A stretch of DNA of 63,991 nucleotides, the filler included, from Barthelona sp. PAP020 (lineage: Eukaryota): NCBI GenBank assembly GCA_040182905.1. It is 39 parts of 39 records of this genome, joined end to end, with 100 filler letters (N's around TTAATTAATTAA, not from the genome) between each part and the next. Parts side by side here need not be neighbours in the genome. Positions count along the whole stretch, not along the records: positions 44,073 to 45,559 come from JARQWU010000955.1; positions 45,660 to 47,142 come from JARQWU010000956.1; positions 47,243 to 48,725 come from JARQWU010000957.1; positions 48,826 to 50,299 come from JARQWU010000958.1; positions 50,400 to 51,871 come from JARQWU010000959.1; positions 51,972 to 53,436 come from JARQWU010000960.1; positions 53,537 to 54,999 come from JARQWU010000961.1; positions 55,100 to 56,562 come from JARQWU010000962.1; 31 more parts are not named here. The stretch is one strand, 5' to 3'. The notes below the pieces were generated by a model, which saw only the letters and a program-made list of their open reading frames with translations, was not told the origin of the DNA and did no database searches. Below are positions 44,722 to 56,712 of this stretch, piece by piece. The position numbers and the translations under genes are program-made. The number at the start of each line of letters is the position of its first letter. Within the stretch, counting starts at the first letter, position 1.

Positions 44722-45192
44722 TCATGATTTGTCCATACAGCTCTTTAAAGCACTTGAAAAATCCCCATAAGGTATCATACCATCCTTGTCTTTGTCATAA
44801 AAATCAAAAATTTTGTCAACAAATTCATCCGAAACGGTAGGCATGAACTCTTTAATGACTTCTTGAAATTTCTGAAAAGATACAAAATTATCCTGTTTTG
44901 TATCAAATATTTCAAACAATCTGCGGATTTCTTCCTCAATATCAATAAAGGATTGTAAACGATTACAATATCTTACAAATGTATCAATATTAATATTTTC
45001 CATGCCATGTACTTGAAATACTCTATTTAATTCATCTTGTTCAATATCATACCCTAAAGCTGCTAAAAAAGCGAAAGAAAATTCTTCTTTATTTAAAAAA
45101 CCTTTTCTATTTTCATCAAATTCTCGAAAACATCGTTTTAGGTATCTGACATTTGATTTTCCATCTTCGATAAAATCATACACATTGGACAT
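44722..45192 (-). CDS. EF-hand protein (EFCAB11-like)
   Basis: DENRKGFLNKEEF, DTKQDNFVSFQKF, DKDKDGMIPYGDF. Confidence 0.85.
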   Translation of the reverse strand: MSNVYDFIEDGKSNVRYLKRCFREFDENRKGFLNKEEFSFAFLAALGYDIEQDELNRVFQVHGMENINIDTFVRYCNRLQSFIDIEEEIRRLFEIFDTKQDNFVSFQKFQEVIKEFMPTVSDEFVDKIFDFYDKDKDGMIPYGDFSSALKSCMDKS

Positions 45193-45241
45193 GAGGAAGA
45201 AATAAAAATGATTTTAGTTACTTTTTTTTTAACACCGAAAA

Positions 45242-45559
45242 ATGGCACCATTAACAATTCCATTGGTTTATTCAAATGATTTTGAAATTAAAAAGGCAAT
45301 TGCAAGAGGTGCTGATTGGTTTTTGATTCCCACCAAAAATAATAAGTCTGAATTGTGTGTTTTTGGTCATGGACATGAAGATTACAGTGAAAAGAAAACA
45401 AGACTATCAGAACGAACCGATTTAATCACCCCAAAATTAAGACTTTCTAATTTGAGACCTAAACAAGATCATGAAAGCACATATATGTTATCTAATTCAA
45501 AACCTTTTCCTCAACAGGAATTGATATTTACAAAATTACCGAAAAAATCAAAAATTTAT
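45242..45559 (+). CDS. Hypothetical protein, N-terminal fragment
   Basis: ATG ORF open to the contig end, divergent from the EF-hand gene. Confidence 0.6.
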
Positions 45560-45659
45560 NNNNNNNNNNNNNNNNNNNNNNNNNNNNNNNNNNNNNNNNN
45601 NNNTTAATTAATTAANNNNNNNNNNNNNNNNNNNNNNNNNNNNNNNNNNNNNNNNNNNN

Positions 45660-45878
45660 ATAATTCAACAAACTGTTGTTGATCACAAATTTTAATGACG
45701 ACTTATCAATAGGCTTATCGTCATATTCAGTATTCACATAAACATCAATGCATTGCTCATTGAAATATTGCGATGTTTCTTCAATAAATTGTAACAGATT
45801 TTGATATATCTTTGTTGCTGGATTACAATATAATACAATTATATCCACTGCAGGTTTTTTAATTCGGAAACCACCCAT
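45660..45878 (-). CDS. Hypothetical protein, N-terminal fragment
   Basis: ATG ORF open to the contig end. Confidence 0.45.
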
Positions 45879-46801
45879 TAATATTCCATAGAAATGAAAA
45901 ATAAAATATTTTTTGAAAATGGTTTTTTCCTTCCTTTTCTTTGACTTTTTCTCTCATTGACATTTCTTTTATTATTGTTTAAATGTTGAATAAATGTTGT
46001 CACAAGACTTGCCAATTCATTTCTTTTCTTTTGAAACCCATTTTTTTATCAATGATAAAAAAAAAAAACTCAACAAAATTACTTATTTTATGACACAAAA
46101 ATTTGAAGCAATCATTGTAAATTTTCTTCAATTTCAATAATGAATCAAATAATCTCATTTCATACAGACAGATGTATTCTTAGAAAAAACAAAAACACCA
46201 TAATAAATGATGCTGTAACTAATGTTATTTTGAAATTAAGTGTTATTCAAAATGATTCTCACCTAAAAAATGAAAAAAATTTGATTTTGTTCTCAAAAAC
46301 TCATATGTTGAACAAAATTAAATTGAATCTCGAAATTGTACAACGAAAATAATGATAATGGGTTTCACTCAACAATTCACCAATTTATTCTCCAATAAAA
46401 ATTTCTAGTAGATACCATAATATTGATAAAAGCAAATAATTCTTCAATATTCTATGAAAATCAGTTCATTGTTTTCAGATCTACACTAATAATTCAATAA
46501 CAGGCTTGAAAAAATTACAATTTTTGGAAATAAAAGATGTTTTCATCACTCAAACCTTTGTTTATATAAAAACAAGCTAACTTGAATTAAATTCATTCCG
46601 AATTTATAATGCTTTTTCAAATTTGCCCAAATTTTTTTCAACACAGTGGCATTTGAATTAACATACGTTTAATTTTTCTTTCAATTGTCAAAAGAGATGA
46701 ATATTCATGAAATCATGTGTGAAAATATTGGAAAAATTCAACCAAATTCCAAAAGGTCATTCATTTTATTTAATTTTATTTCACTTTTCTTTAACTATTT
46801 C

Positions 46802-47142
46802 ATGAAGATTAGTTTATTTTTGTGCAGTATTTTTGCTATTTTTGTTGTTTCAATAGCGTCTGATGTTACTCATCTTCATTGTGTTGCTGATTCTACTGGT
46901 GTTATTAGTTTGGTTACAACCCCTTCTGCTAATGTCAAAGTCATCGCTTGGGCTACTTTTGAAGATACTCTTTTTACTGAAGGTTTTAGAAAATTGCATG
47001 TCCATATTATTGAAGGATCTGCTGCACCTAGAACTCAAATGTATTGTGCTGGTCAATTAGAAGGTTATCTTTCACAAGGACCAATTGATCAACATCGTGA
47101 AACTTTATGGACTTTAATGGATATTGATGCCAAGCGCCATAA
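46802..47142 (+). CDS. Phospholipase B-like protein, N-terminus (joins 53537-54998)
   Basis: Signal peptide MKISLFLCSIFAIFVVSIAS; MYCAGQLEGYLS; last ~99 nt are identical to the end of contig 53537-54999. Confidence 0.9.
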
Positions 47143-47244
47143 NNNNNNNNNNNNNNNNNNNNNNNNNNNNNNNNNNNNNNNNNNNNTTAATTAATTAANN
47201 NNNNNNNNNNNNNNNNNNNNNNNNNNNNNNNNNNNNNNNNNNGC

Positions 47245-48724
47245 GATTTTGACATCATTAAAGATGATTCCACTTTTTCTGATTTATTTACAATATTAAA
47301 ATGGTTAGAAAATATATTTGCCAAAGATTTTACATATGAAGATGTTAAAAAATCCAGTTTAGAGATCAAAAATGAAACTGATATTTATGAAATAATATTT
47401 AAATGTTTAAAAACCGGACAAATTGAGACTGGGTTAGAATTTTTAAAGAATTGTAATAAAAGTTGGAAATCATTTTTGTTGACTGGTCATTTAAAGCCTA
47501 TTTTCAAAGATGGTATTTTAAAGAATAATCAAGATCATTTATTGTTTCGCAATATTTGTAAACAAGTTGGTGATGATATGATTTCATCGAGTTTAGGAGC
47601 TGTTGAAAAATGCAATGAATATTTTATTGCCATTTTGGGGTTATTTTCCTGTGAGCCATCGAAAGTTTTTCCCGTATGTAAAACTTTTTATGATTATTTA
47701 TTTGTGTGCGTATTTTGTGCTATAAATGAGCAACTAGATAGATACATCATTGAGAATTCTAATTCAACTCATTCTTTCTATTATAGTATAACAAAAGCTT
47801 CAATCCCTTTGAGTATTTCCGATATATTGGAAGATTTAAGAGGGAAAAGATCTGAACTATGGAAAGTTTCCAAAAACAAAGGGAAAGAGCATGAATGGGT
47901 TGTTATTCAGACTTTATTAATGTTAGACCAGATTGATCTTTTGTTGAAGGAGATTCGTAGATGGGTTAATAGTGGTGTTGAAGTTTCAATAGAAGTTTTG
48001 TCATTTGTAACACAGATTGTGTGTGATGTGAAGGATCATGGTTGGAAAATCAATGAAGATGAAATTGTTGAACTTAAGGATTTAGATTTGATGGATGAAG
48101 TCATTATTCATTATTTGGCTTGGCTTGTAGACAATGAAAAGTATGGACAAATAATACAACAATCAGCAATGATTATTAATAAGCAAGTAAGATTTGAGTT
48201 TGTTGCTGATTTCTTGATGCTATTTGAAGACAAAAGTGAGATTATGCTCATGTTTGGACAATTGACTGATGAATTTTCAAAAGAAGATTGTTCTCGAATT
48301 ATTTTGTTTTTGTTAGAATTGTTAATTGATGTTGGAGATGATTTACTTGAAAAACATTACTGCTTGGCTTTATCTTGGTTAGAAATATCTTCAAATGTGG
48401 GAATTTTACTGGAAACATATTTGGAATATTGTAATAGATTTTTACGTTATATTTTATTGAGAAAGAATATCATGAATGTCGAAGTCTTTGAATTAGTGAA
48501 TGAATATGTCGCCAAGGATCTTTTGGGAAGATTTTTGGATGAAATTCCTGAATTTATGGAATGGGAATTCATATGCCATCAAACGTTACTGGATTGTCTT
48601 TACATCATTCAATTATATTTGATTAATTCATACAATCAACAGAATAACATCATTATTTCATCTAACCTGCAAAACGATGTTGTTGCTGCAATTGTTGATT
48701 TGCTGAATTTCGAAGGAGGATTGT
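47245..48724 (+). CDS. NUP107: Nucleoporin Nup107/Nup84-like (internal fragment)
   Basis: KWLE...IFKCLKTGQIETGLEFLKNCNKSWKSFLLTG; CKTFYDYLF. Confidence 0.65.
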
Positions 48725-50401
48725 ANNNNNNNNNNNNNNNNNNNNNNNNNNNNNNNNNNNNNNNNNNNNTTAATTAATTAANNNNNNNNNNNNNNNNNNN
48801 NNNNNNNNNNNNNNNNNNNNNNNNNACTTGAAAAAAAACACAAGACAAGGAAAAGAGAGAATAGAAGTAGCAGACTCTAAAAATTTTCGATGAAAAAACG
48901 TGCGAAAACCTATGATTTTGGTGACATTCTTGAGTATACTGTATTAAGAAGGCAAGCTTGAATGTGTGAATAATGCGACAAGATTATAGATGAATGTATC
49001 AAAGTGAGTCTAATGCACACAGTATGTTATAGATACACAGATCAATATGCAGACAATACAAATATGTTTACATAATACAATTATACACAAGTATAGACAA
49101 GATATGAGTCATTGTATTTATTTTCCGGATTTAGATAGTATCCGGTGAAGGCATTTCATCCTTTCCATTTCCCATGCTTTCCCCGTGTCCATGTTCTTGT
49201 CTCTGACTCGCCTGAATGACGANNNNNNNNNNNNNNNNNNNNNNNNNNNNNNNNNNNNNNNNNNNNNNNNNNNNNNNNNNNNNNNNNNNNNNNNNNNNNN
49301 NNNNNNNNNNNNNNNNNNNNNNNNNNNNNNNNNNNNNNNNNNNNNNNNNNNNNNNNNNNNNNNNNNNNNNNNNNNNNNNNNNNNNNNNNNNNNNNNNNNN
49401 NNNNNNNNNNNNNNNNNNNNNNNNNNNNNNNNNNNNNNNNNNNNNNNNNNNNNNNNNNNNNNNNNNNNNNNNNNNNNNNNNNNNNNNNNNNNNNNNNNNN
49501 NNNNNNNNNNNNNNNNNNNNNNNNNNNNNNNNNNNNNNNNNNNNNNNNNNNNNNNNNNNNNNNNNNNNNNNNNNNNNNNNNNNNNNNNNNNNNNNNNNNN
49601 NNNNNNNNNNNNNNNNNNNNNNNNNNNNNNNNNNNNNNNNNNNNNNNNNNNNNNNNNNNNNNNNNNNNNNNNNNNNNNNNNNNNNNNNNNNNNTATATGT
49701 GTTTTGTTTCTTCAATTGAGTGATTTTCCCTATCATTTTTTCCAGAGATCCCTTTCTTTCCTTATTTGTATATATGTAAAAGGAAATATGGGTTGATATA
49801 TTGCATTGTGACATCAATTATTGATTTTACATTGTTTCAATATGATTATCTTATTTCTATTCCACATGCCATTCTTTCCTTTTGTTTTCATTATGTTTTC
49901 ATGTCTCTTCAATTTCACTCAATACATATTTCTAATGCAACATAACATGGTTAATATCCTTGAATATTGTATGATTTATGTTCAACATAGCTTTACTAAT
50001 TGGATTCTTAATTTCTATCTTAGATTCAGAGACATATTCTCAAATTATTGTGTCAAAAAATTCGAATGAATTTTTTTGGTATCGATACCAAAAAATTAGA
50101 ATGAGAATATCTCAATTGTTTTTCAATATCCATTTTATTATACAAAAGGAATAAACAATGTATCTATTCTGATTCATTGATGGCCAATAAATTATCGTGT
50201 CTATTTCTTGTTTTATTACTATTACCATATGCATTGAAATATGAATAAATAGATCTTCAAAAAAGTATCGTGTCCAGGTTTTGAGATCCAAAAAATACTN
50301 NNNNNNNNNNNNNNNNNNNNNNNNNNNNNNNNNNNNNNNNNNNTTAATTAATTAANNNNNNNNNNNNNNNNNNNNNNNNNNNNNNNNNNNNNNNNNNNNG
50401 T

Positions 50402-50536
50402 TTGGCTGATAATATTGTTAAAATTAGTCAATTAGCCTCTCTTTATCCTGAAATTAAGGAAATTGATGCCAACCCCATCATTTTCTATGAAAACGGTTTT
50501 GCTGCTGTCGATGCCAGAATCATTTTAAATCAATGA
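50402..50536 (+). CDS. Acetate-CoA ligase (ADP-forming), C-terminal ATP-grasp fragment
   Basis: Own translation IVKISQLASLYPEIKEIDANPIIFYENGFAAVDARIILNQ*. Confidence 0.85.
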   Translation: MADNIVKISQLASLYPEIKEIDANPIIFYENGFAAVDARIILNQ

Positions 50537-50718
50537 TTGTGTTTTTGAAGTTTTTGTCATTGTTTAGTGAGATTGAAAAAAATTATAAATTAAAAGATGA
50601 TGTTTATTTTTGGTCAAGTTTTTCATTTTGGTTTGGATTAGTTTTGAATGTGATTTTCTTCGTCCACTTCTTCGTTCTTTTTTTTTCAATTTTTTTATTT
50701 TGAATCAGAAATTTTATA

Positions 50719-51447
50719 ATGTCCCAAGACGCATTTTCAACAGGAATGGCTTTAGTTTCAAGAGCATATAGGGAAAAAGTTGATGAATTGACACAAGACA
50801 ATAATCAATTAAAATTTCATATTCGCGAATTATCCGACGATTTAAATGTGGCAAACGATAAGATTGCTGAATTAGAAAACAAATTGAAGGATACATTGGC
50901 TGAATTAAAGTCAGTTAGTGCAATGAAAAATGGTATCAGTTCAAGATATTCTACTTTGCGTAAAAAAATTGCTGATTTATCCAGTGAAAGTGACAATTCT
51001 TCATTTTCTCCCAATAGAACTGAAATTTTCACCCCTGGACATGATGACACGTTTTCCAATTTATTATCAAATGATACAGGTTATAAACAATCATCTTATG
51101 GAAACCAAACAAGTTATAGGGCACAAACTCAACCTTTAAAAGATAATCAACCCAAATTACAACCTGTTGAACCTTCATTCACTCAAACCCAACCAATTCG
51201 CACTCCCACAAAAGATTTAAAGGAAAAGACTGAATATATTGATCCCCAAGCGTTTTATAAACAAGTAAAACAAAGCTTGCTACCAGAAGATTACAACAAA
51301 TTTGCTGAAATAGTTCAAGCTTTCAATAATCAAAAAAAAGATGTTGCAACTACTATTCGTGAGGTTAAAGAATTATTTGGTGTTTTAAGACCTTTTCTTT
51401 GCAATCAATTTGAAGCTTTAATTCATCAAATAATGAATGTTAAATGA
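50719..51447 (+). CDS. Coiled-coil protein with PAH-like C-terminus (At4g15545-like)
   Basis: DPQAFYKQVKQSL..YNKFAEIVQAFN...VKELFG. Confidence 0.7.
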   Translation: MSQDAFSTGMALVSRAYREKVDELTQDNNQLKFHIRELSDDLNVANDKIAELENKLKDTLAELKSVSAMKNGISSRYSTLRKKIADLSSESDNSSFSPNRTEIFTPGHDDTFSNLLSNDTGYKQSSYGNQTSYRAQTQPLKDNQPKLQPVEPSFTQTQPIRTPTKDLKEKTEYIDPQAFYKQVKQSLLPEDYNKFAEIVQAFNNQKKDVATTIREVKELFGVLRPFLCNQFEALIHQIMNVK

Positions 51448-51971
51448 TAGAAAAGGCTAAAAGAAATTATTTGTAAAACTGACAGTGAAAATCCTTTTTT
51501 TTTGTAAAAAAAAATAAAAAATTGTTGTTTATTTACTCTTGAATAAATTTGAAACAAAATTGAAAAAAAGAGAAAAGAGTTTTGTAACAAAACAAAAATC
51601 TGATTATTTAATCGTCAAGTGTTTGCAGAAACGAAATATTTCAATTTTCCCCTTCATTTCAAATAGAATGACTGTTTTTCTGGGTTTATTTCAAATAAAC
51701 ATCTTAAATACCAACTGTGGGGTGAATTTGTTCCATTCTCCTGAAAAAAACTTAGGATTTTCACAATGTACGAAAAAACAACAACATAAAAATCACATAT
51801 TTATTGGTTTATTTATTTAAGTTAACAACTTTTGTAGTAATGCTGTTAACACTTCTCTTTCATCTGAAGAANNNNNNNNNNNNNNNNNNNNNNNNNNNNN
51901 NNNNNNNNNNNNNNNTTAATTAATTAANNNNNNNNNNNNNNNNNNNNNNNNNNNNNNNNNNNNNNNNNNNN

Positions 51972-53432
51972 ATGAGAAGGATCAACATCCTTATCAGTGA
52001 GAGGATAGATCCAAAGAGCAAGAACTAATTCAATCAATAAGGCGACACTCATTGTATAAATAACAGGATAATATTGTCTTTCGACATAAGCACGTCCGGT
52101 GAGATCATGAACAGAGTTCTTCCATGCAGAAAGACCAATGGGACCAACAACACCAGCCAAAGACCAAGCGGTTAAAATGACACCATGAATGGCTCCAACG
52201 TTTTTAGAACCGAAAATATCGGCCAAGAAAGCGGGAATACAAGCAAAACCACCACCGTACATGGTATAAGTAATAGCAACAACAATGTAGAACAAATCAT
52301 AAGCCATTCCATTGGGATCATTGGTATACATATTGGAAAGAACTGTAATTAAATAGAAACAAACAGCACCAAGACCACCAAAAATACCAAAAACAGTACG
52401 ACGACCAAGATAATCTGAGGCAGCAGCCCAAAGGAAACGACCAAGGGCATTAAAAATAGATGCGAATGAAACTAATTGTGCAGCGGCATCATCATCCTTG
52501 TCGAATAAGGCAGCAGTCAAAGGTGACAATTTGGAAATAACACCAATACCAGCAGCAATATTAATAAAAAGCATGAACCACATCATATAGAATTGTTTGG
52601 TCTTTAAAGCTTCTTTAAGTGAAATGTGTCCATGAACAAATTGAGCTCCTTTAGGTTTGCAACAAGTAACTTGTTCATTAGAGCACCAGGCACGATCAAT
52701 ATGTGTTGCATTTTCTTGTCCCTTTGGCTTTTCAATGTATGGAGGCCAGAAATCGTATCTCTTTGGAACATAAAGGAAAAGGGAGGCAACAACAAGCAAA
52801 ACACCATAGACAATACCATGTACAAGCATTGAAACACCAACATCGTATCTACTAATAAGTGATCTTTGAGTAATAGATGCAATAGATGCACCACCACCAA
52901 AACCCATAACAGCAAGTCCTGTAGCAAGTCCACGGCGATCGGGGAACCACTTAACAAGAGTTGAAACCGGGGAAATGTAAGCCAAACCAAGACCACAACC
53001 ACCTAAAAGACCAATACCCAGAACGATAACATATTGATTTTTGAGATGATAACCGAGGGCACCAATGCATAAACCAATACCCCAACAGAATCCAGCAATC
53101 AATGAAGTGACATTAGGTCCAACAATTTCCATCCAAGCACCAGCAAATGATGCAGAAAGTCCTAAAAGAGCAATAGCACAGGGGAAAGTATATGTTCCAG
53201 CAAAGGAACCTTCGCCAAAATTGTATGATTTGGAAAGTTCTTTGTCATAAACAGACCATGCATAAATAGATCCAACACAAAGGTGGACAATAACTGCAGC
53301 AATAGCAACCATCCAACGATTATGTTGATCATCCTTTGCAATTCTCTTTTGGGGAAGCAATTTGTAATCATGAAGCTTAACAACAAGTTCATCTTCAGTC
53401 ATATTTGAAGTGTCTATCTCATGTCCTCCCAT
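51972..53432 (-). CDS. MFS transporter, oxalate:formate antiporter (OFA) family (3' partial)
   Basis: GSIYAWS, YISPVSTLVKWFPDRRGLATGLAVMGFGGGA, YGGGFACIPAFLADIFG. Confidence 0.92.
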
Positions 53433-53536
53433 TTTTNNNNNNNNNNNNNNNNNNNNNNNNNNNNNNNNNNNNNNNNNNNNTTAATTAATTAANNNNNNNN
53501 NNNNNNNNNNNNNNNNNNNNNNNNNNNNNNNNNNNN

Positions 53537-54998
53537 TGATCACCAGCAACACATTTGTTTGCCTTACCACACCAACCACATTTTTCATTAAGGAAACATT
53601 CATCTTGTGACAACTTGGGGCAAACAGTGGGGTCAAAGAAAGGAACCCAATCAAAAGTTTCCAATTGGGCTTTAGTGGGAATACCAGTCTTGGGATAATC
53701 AGCAAATTCAGGTCTAGTTAAATCAACCATGTCATAATGAGAATTACCACTACCAGTTGTGGGACGACCAATAGCTCTCATCCATTGATTTTCAGCATAT
53801 CTAGAAGAAGTATATTTGGTATCAAGACAACCAAAAGCTAAAGGAGTTTTTCTTAAATCGTAACGAGAGGCAATGGCAGAACCAGGATCATTTCTTTGAT
53901 CAGGATCAGTAACATCATTATAACGCATCAAATCTTCGAATTGTTTTTCCTTGTCAACATTAGGGGCTTGATGTTCAAAGATCCAATGACGAGAGCAATT
54001 GTAATAGTCCCAATATCCAGGATCATTGTGCTCTTTAGCCCATTCAGCAACCTTTTCAGGATATCCAGAACGATTAGAAATTTCAGGGAAATAAGGGATG
54101 TTATAAGAAGGCCAGTAACCCCAATCCAATAATTTATCTGTTAAATCATCATAAACAATTTTACCAGGGGTTTGTTCTAAAACATATAAAGTTTCGGCAG
54201 AAGGTTTTTTTCCATTGCTGAACTTCTTGAAGTCCACAATAACCCATTGATTATTATAAGTACCAGAGTTATACATGGAGAAAATATCGGCCCATTCCTT
54301 ACCAGAAGAAGCATATCTATTGGCAACAGTAACACGCATCCATTCTAAAACAGATTGAGGCTTGATGAACTTGAATAAAGAATCATTGAAAACACCAAAA
54401 GTAGTTTCAAGCATGGACATCTTTTGATCAGTAACATAGAAATCATCAAATGAATATAAAAGACCAGGATAAGATGAAAAAACAATCTTTTGAGTGGAAG
54501 TATGAGCAGCAGTTCCAATGGGGAAATCATATTCTTTGAGGAAACGATTCATGGCAGAATAATAATACCAAGCATCTTGTCCAATGAAAATGTCGGAATA
54601 ATCATCCAAAAGACGGACCAAACCGGAACAATGTTCAGCACCAGTGTGATCAGTGGTCTTGTTAATAATTCCAGCCAAATCAACGAGATCTCCAATAGCT
54701 TCATATTCCCAAAAATCAGCAAGTTCAAGTTTTCCACCAGCTTTTTGATAACCATCATGAAGTCCTAAGAATTGATTGTATGTCAAATCGACATGATACC
54801 AATATGTGCTCAAAGTACGATAATTTTTAGTGTTTTCAACAATGAATTCACGGTTAGTTTTAAGGAATTCATGCAACTTATCCCAGTTGATTGGTTCATT
54901 ATGGCGCTTGGCATCAATATCCATTAAAGTCCATAAAGTTTCACGATGTTGATCAATTGGTCCTTGTGAAAGATAACCTTCTAATTGACCAGCACAAT
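53537..54998 (-). CDS. Phospholipase B-like (PLBD, Ntn-hydrolase) with a C-terminal PSI-like domain
   Basis: HCSGL autocleavage site, FSSYPG, NSGTYNNQW, YWPSYNIP, MRYND; ends ECFLNEKCGWCGKANKCVAG. Confidence 0.92.
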
Positions 54999-55099
54999 TN
55001 NNNNNNNNNNNNNNNNNNNNNNNNNNNNNNNNNNNNNNNNNNNTTAATTAATTAANNNNNNNNNNNNNNNNNNNNNNNNNNNNNNNNNNNNNNNNNNNN

Positions 55100-55135
55100 A
55101 GTTGGATATAAACTGTTCAGAATTTATTGTTGAAA
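55100..55135 (-). repeat. Module C7 head
   Basis: TTTCAACAATAAATTCTGAACAGTTTATATCCAACT, identical to 39338-39373. Confidence 0.9.
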
Positions 55136-55147
55136 TTTCAGATTCAG

Positions 55148-55160
55148 AGACTCGATCCTC
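55148..55160 (-). promoter_or_regulatory. Extra downstream B-box-like motif GAGGATCGAGTCT
   Basis: 26 nt 3' of tRNA-Asp. Confidence 0.75.
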
Positions 55161-55186
55161 CATCCTGATTCTTTCTATTGAAAACA

Positions 55187-55258
55187 CTCTCTCGCGGGGA
55201 ATCGAACCCCGGTCCCAAGCGTGACAGGCTTGAATGATGACCACTACACTACGAAAGA
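55187..55258 (-). tRNA. tRNA-Asp(GTC)
   Basis: TCTTTCG/CGAGAGA acceptor stem, CAAGC-CTGTCAC-GCTTG anticodon arm, GGTTCGATTCC. Confidence 0.96.
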
Positions 55259-55535
55259 ACTGAAAGTTATTTTTTACACATAATCAAACCAAAATAGTTT
55301 GATTAAAACTAATGGTTATATGGTAAATTTTAATTTTTAACCGACTTTTTTTAACATTTTTTTCCTTCTAATAAATAATTAATCTAAAATAACCAATAAA
55401 AATTAATAATAATCACAATGAAGTTGACTATAATATCTTTTTAGAAATTTTCTATTGTTAAATATTATTCATTTCAAATATTTAATTGAATGTTTTTAAA
55501 AAATCATTGAAAGAATAGATCCAATTATGAGATAA

Positions 55536-56015
55536 TTGGTCAAGTTGTGAAACAACTATATTTATTTACAAAGAAAAAGCAATCAGAAAAAACTCATTTC
55601 ATTAAATCTCAGCCACAGAAAATGAGTGGGTGCAATTGAATCTTAATCATCAAGAATGAAAATTTTGTAAAAATTTTCCATTCCCTTTTTTTTGTATTTT
55701 TGAAAAAGCAAAATATTAAAGTCTAAACTTTACCTTAGAAAATCTAAAGTTTTTCAACAGATCAATCATTGGGCCTTAAAAGCCTTTAACCAGACAAAAA
55801 CCATTCTTCTTTATTCACTCATACGCACAGTGCTTCTTGGCTTGGAAATAATTGCCATAAAATAAATTCAAAATACTCACTTTGATGAATTTTAGTCAGT
55901 ACCAAAACGGAGAATTAAAGGACTGAAATGTAACTTCGATGATCAAGTGGGAAAATTTGGTGAAAATTTCTTGTCCCTGTTCTTTGTATTTTTGCAAAAG
56001 CAAAATTTTAAAGTT
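55536..56015 (-). repeat. Full family A copy (55536-55853; 277 nt upstream of tRNA-Asp) plus a partial A2 copy
   Basis: Aligns with 21707-22018 and 39930-40080. Confidence 0.88.
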
Positions 56016-56447
56016 CTGACTTAGTTTTTTGAAAATTAAAAATTGAAGAGGGAAGCATAGAAATATTGGTTTTGATCACTCTAAAAGAGATTTGTAGCAC
56101 ATTACCTTTGTTATTAAATAGCAAAACGAAAATTTCATGATGAAATCTTTAACAATTACAAAACAATACAATAAAGCAATTGCTCTTTTGCTTTTATAAA
56201 GTATTGTCCAACAAGGTATATTCTGTTTCTTAGACAAAGAATCTGAGTTTTCTATTGAATGAAAGAGGAAGCTCTATGTGAAGTTAAAGCTCCCCAAATG
56301 AAACATTCCAAGCCCTCTTCAAATCACTCATAGTAACAAACCTTTCTCAGAGACTATATCAAAAAAAGAATAAACTATTATTTATATGTGAAGAAAATAT
56401 CCACAAAACATAAATGGAATAAACATGTTACCACAAAAAAGACCTTT

Positions 56448-56561
56448 TTAATCTTCATTGTCATCACTGTCATCTTCCATCTCTTTATCAATATACTGAC
56501 GCATATTACCACCATTCCTTTCATTAATGTCAATCAAATCCCAACATAAGTTGATTGACAT
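56448..56561 (-). CDS. 3' end of another member of the WD40/CWDLID family
   Basis: Own translation LCWDLIDINERNGGNMRQYIDKEMEDDSDDNED*. Confidence 0.8.
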   Translation of the reverse strand: MSINLCWDLIDINERNGGNMRQYIDKEMEDDSDDNED

Positions 56562-56712
56562 GNNNNNNNNNNNNNNNNNNNNNNNNNNNNNNNNNNNNNN
56601 NNNNNNTTAATTAATTAANNNNNNNNNNNNNNNNNNNNNNNNNNNNNNNNNNNNNNNNNNNNTATGTTGAAGACTATAATAAACTTGATAGATAATGTGA
56701 AATTCCTTCTTT

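Noticed and set aside
49131..49817. ORFs of 167-228 aa
   Set aside because: They consist almost entirely of an N gap.
55826..55832. CACAGTG (RSS/Transib heptamer) in family A
   Set aside because: It is internal rather than terminal, has no partner TIR or nonamer, and varies among copies.
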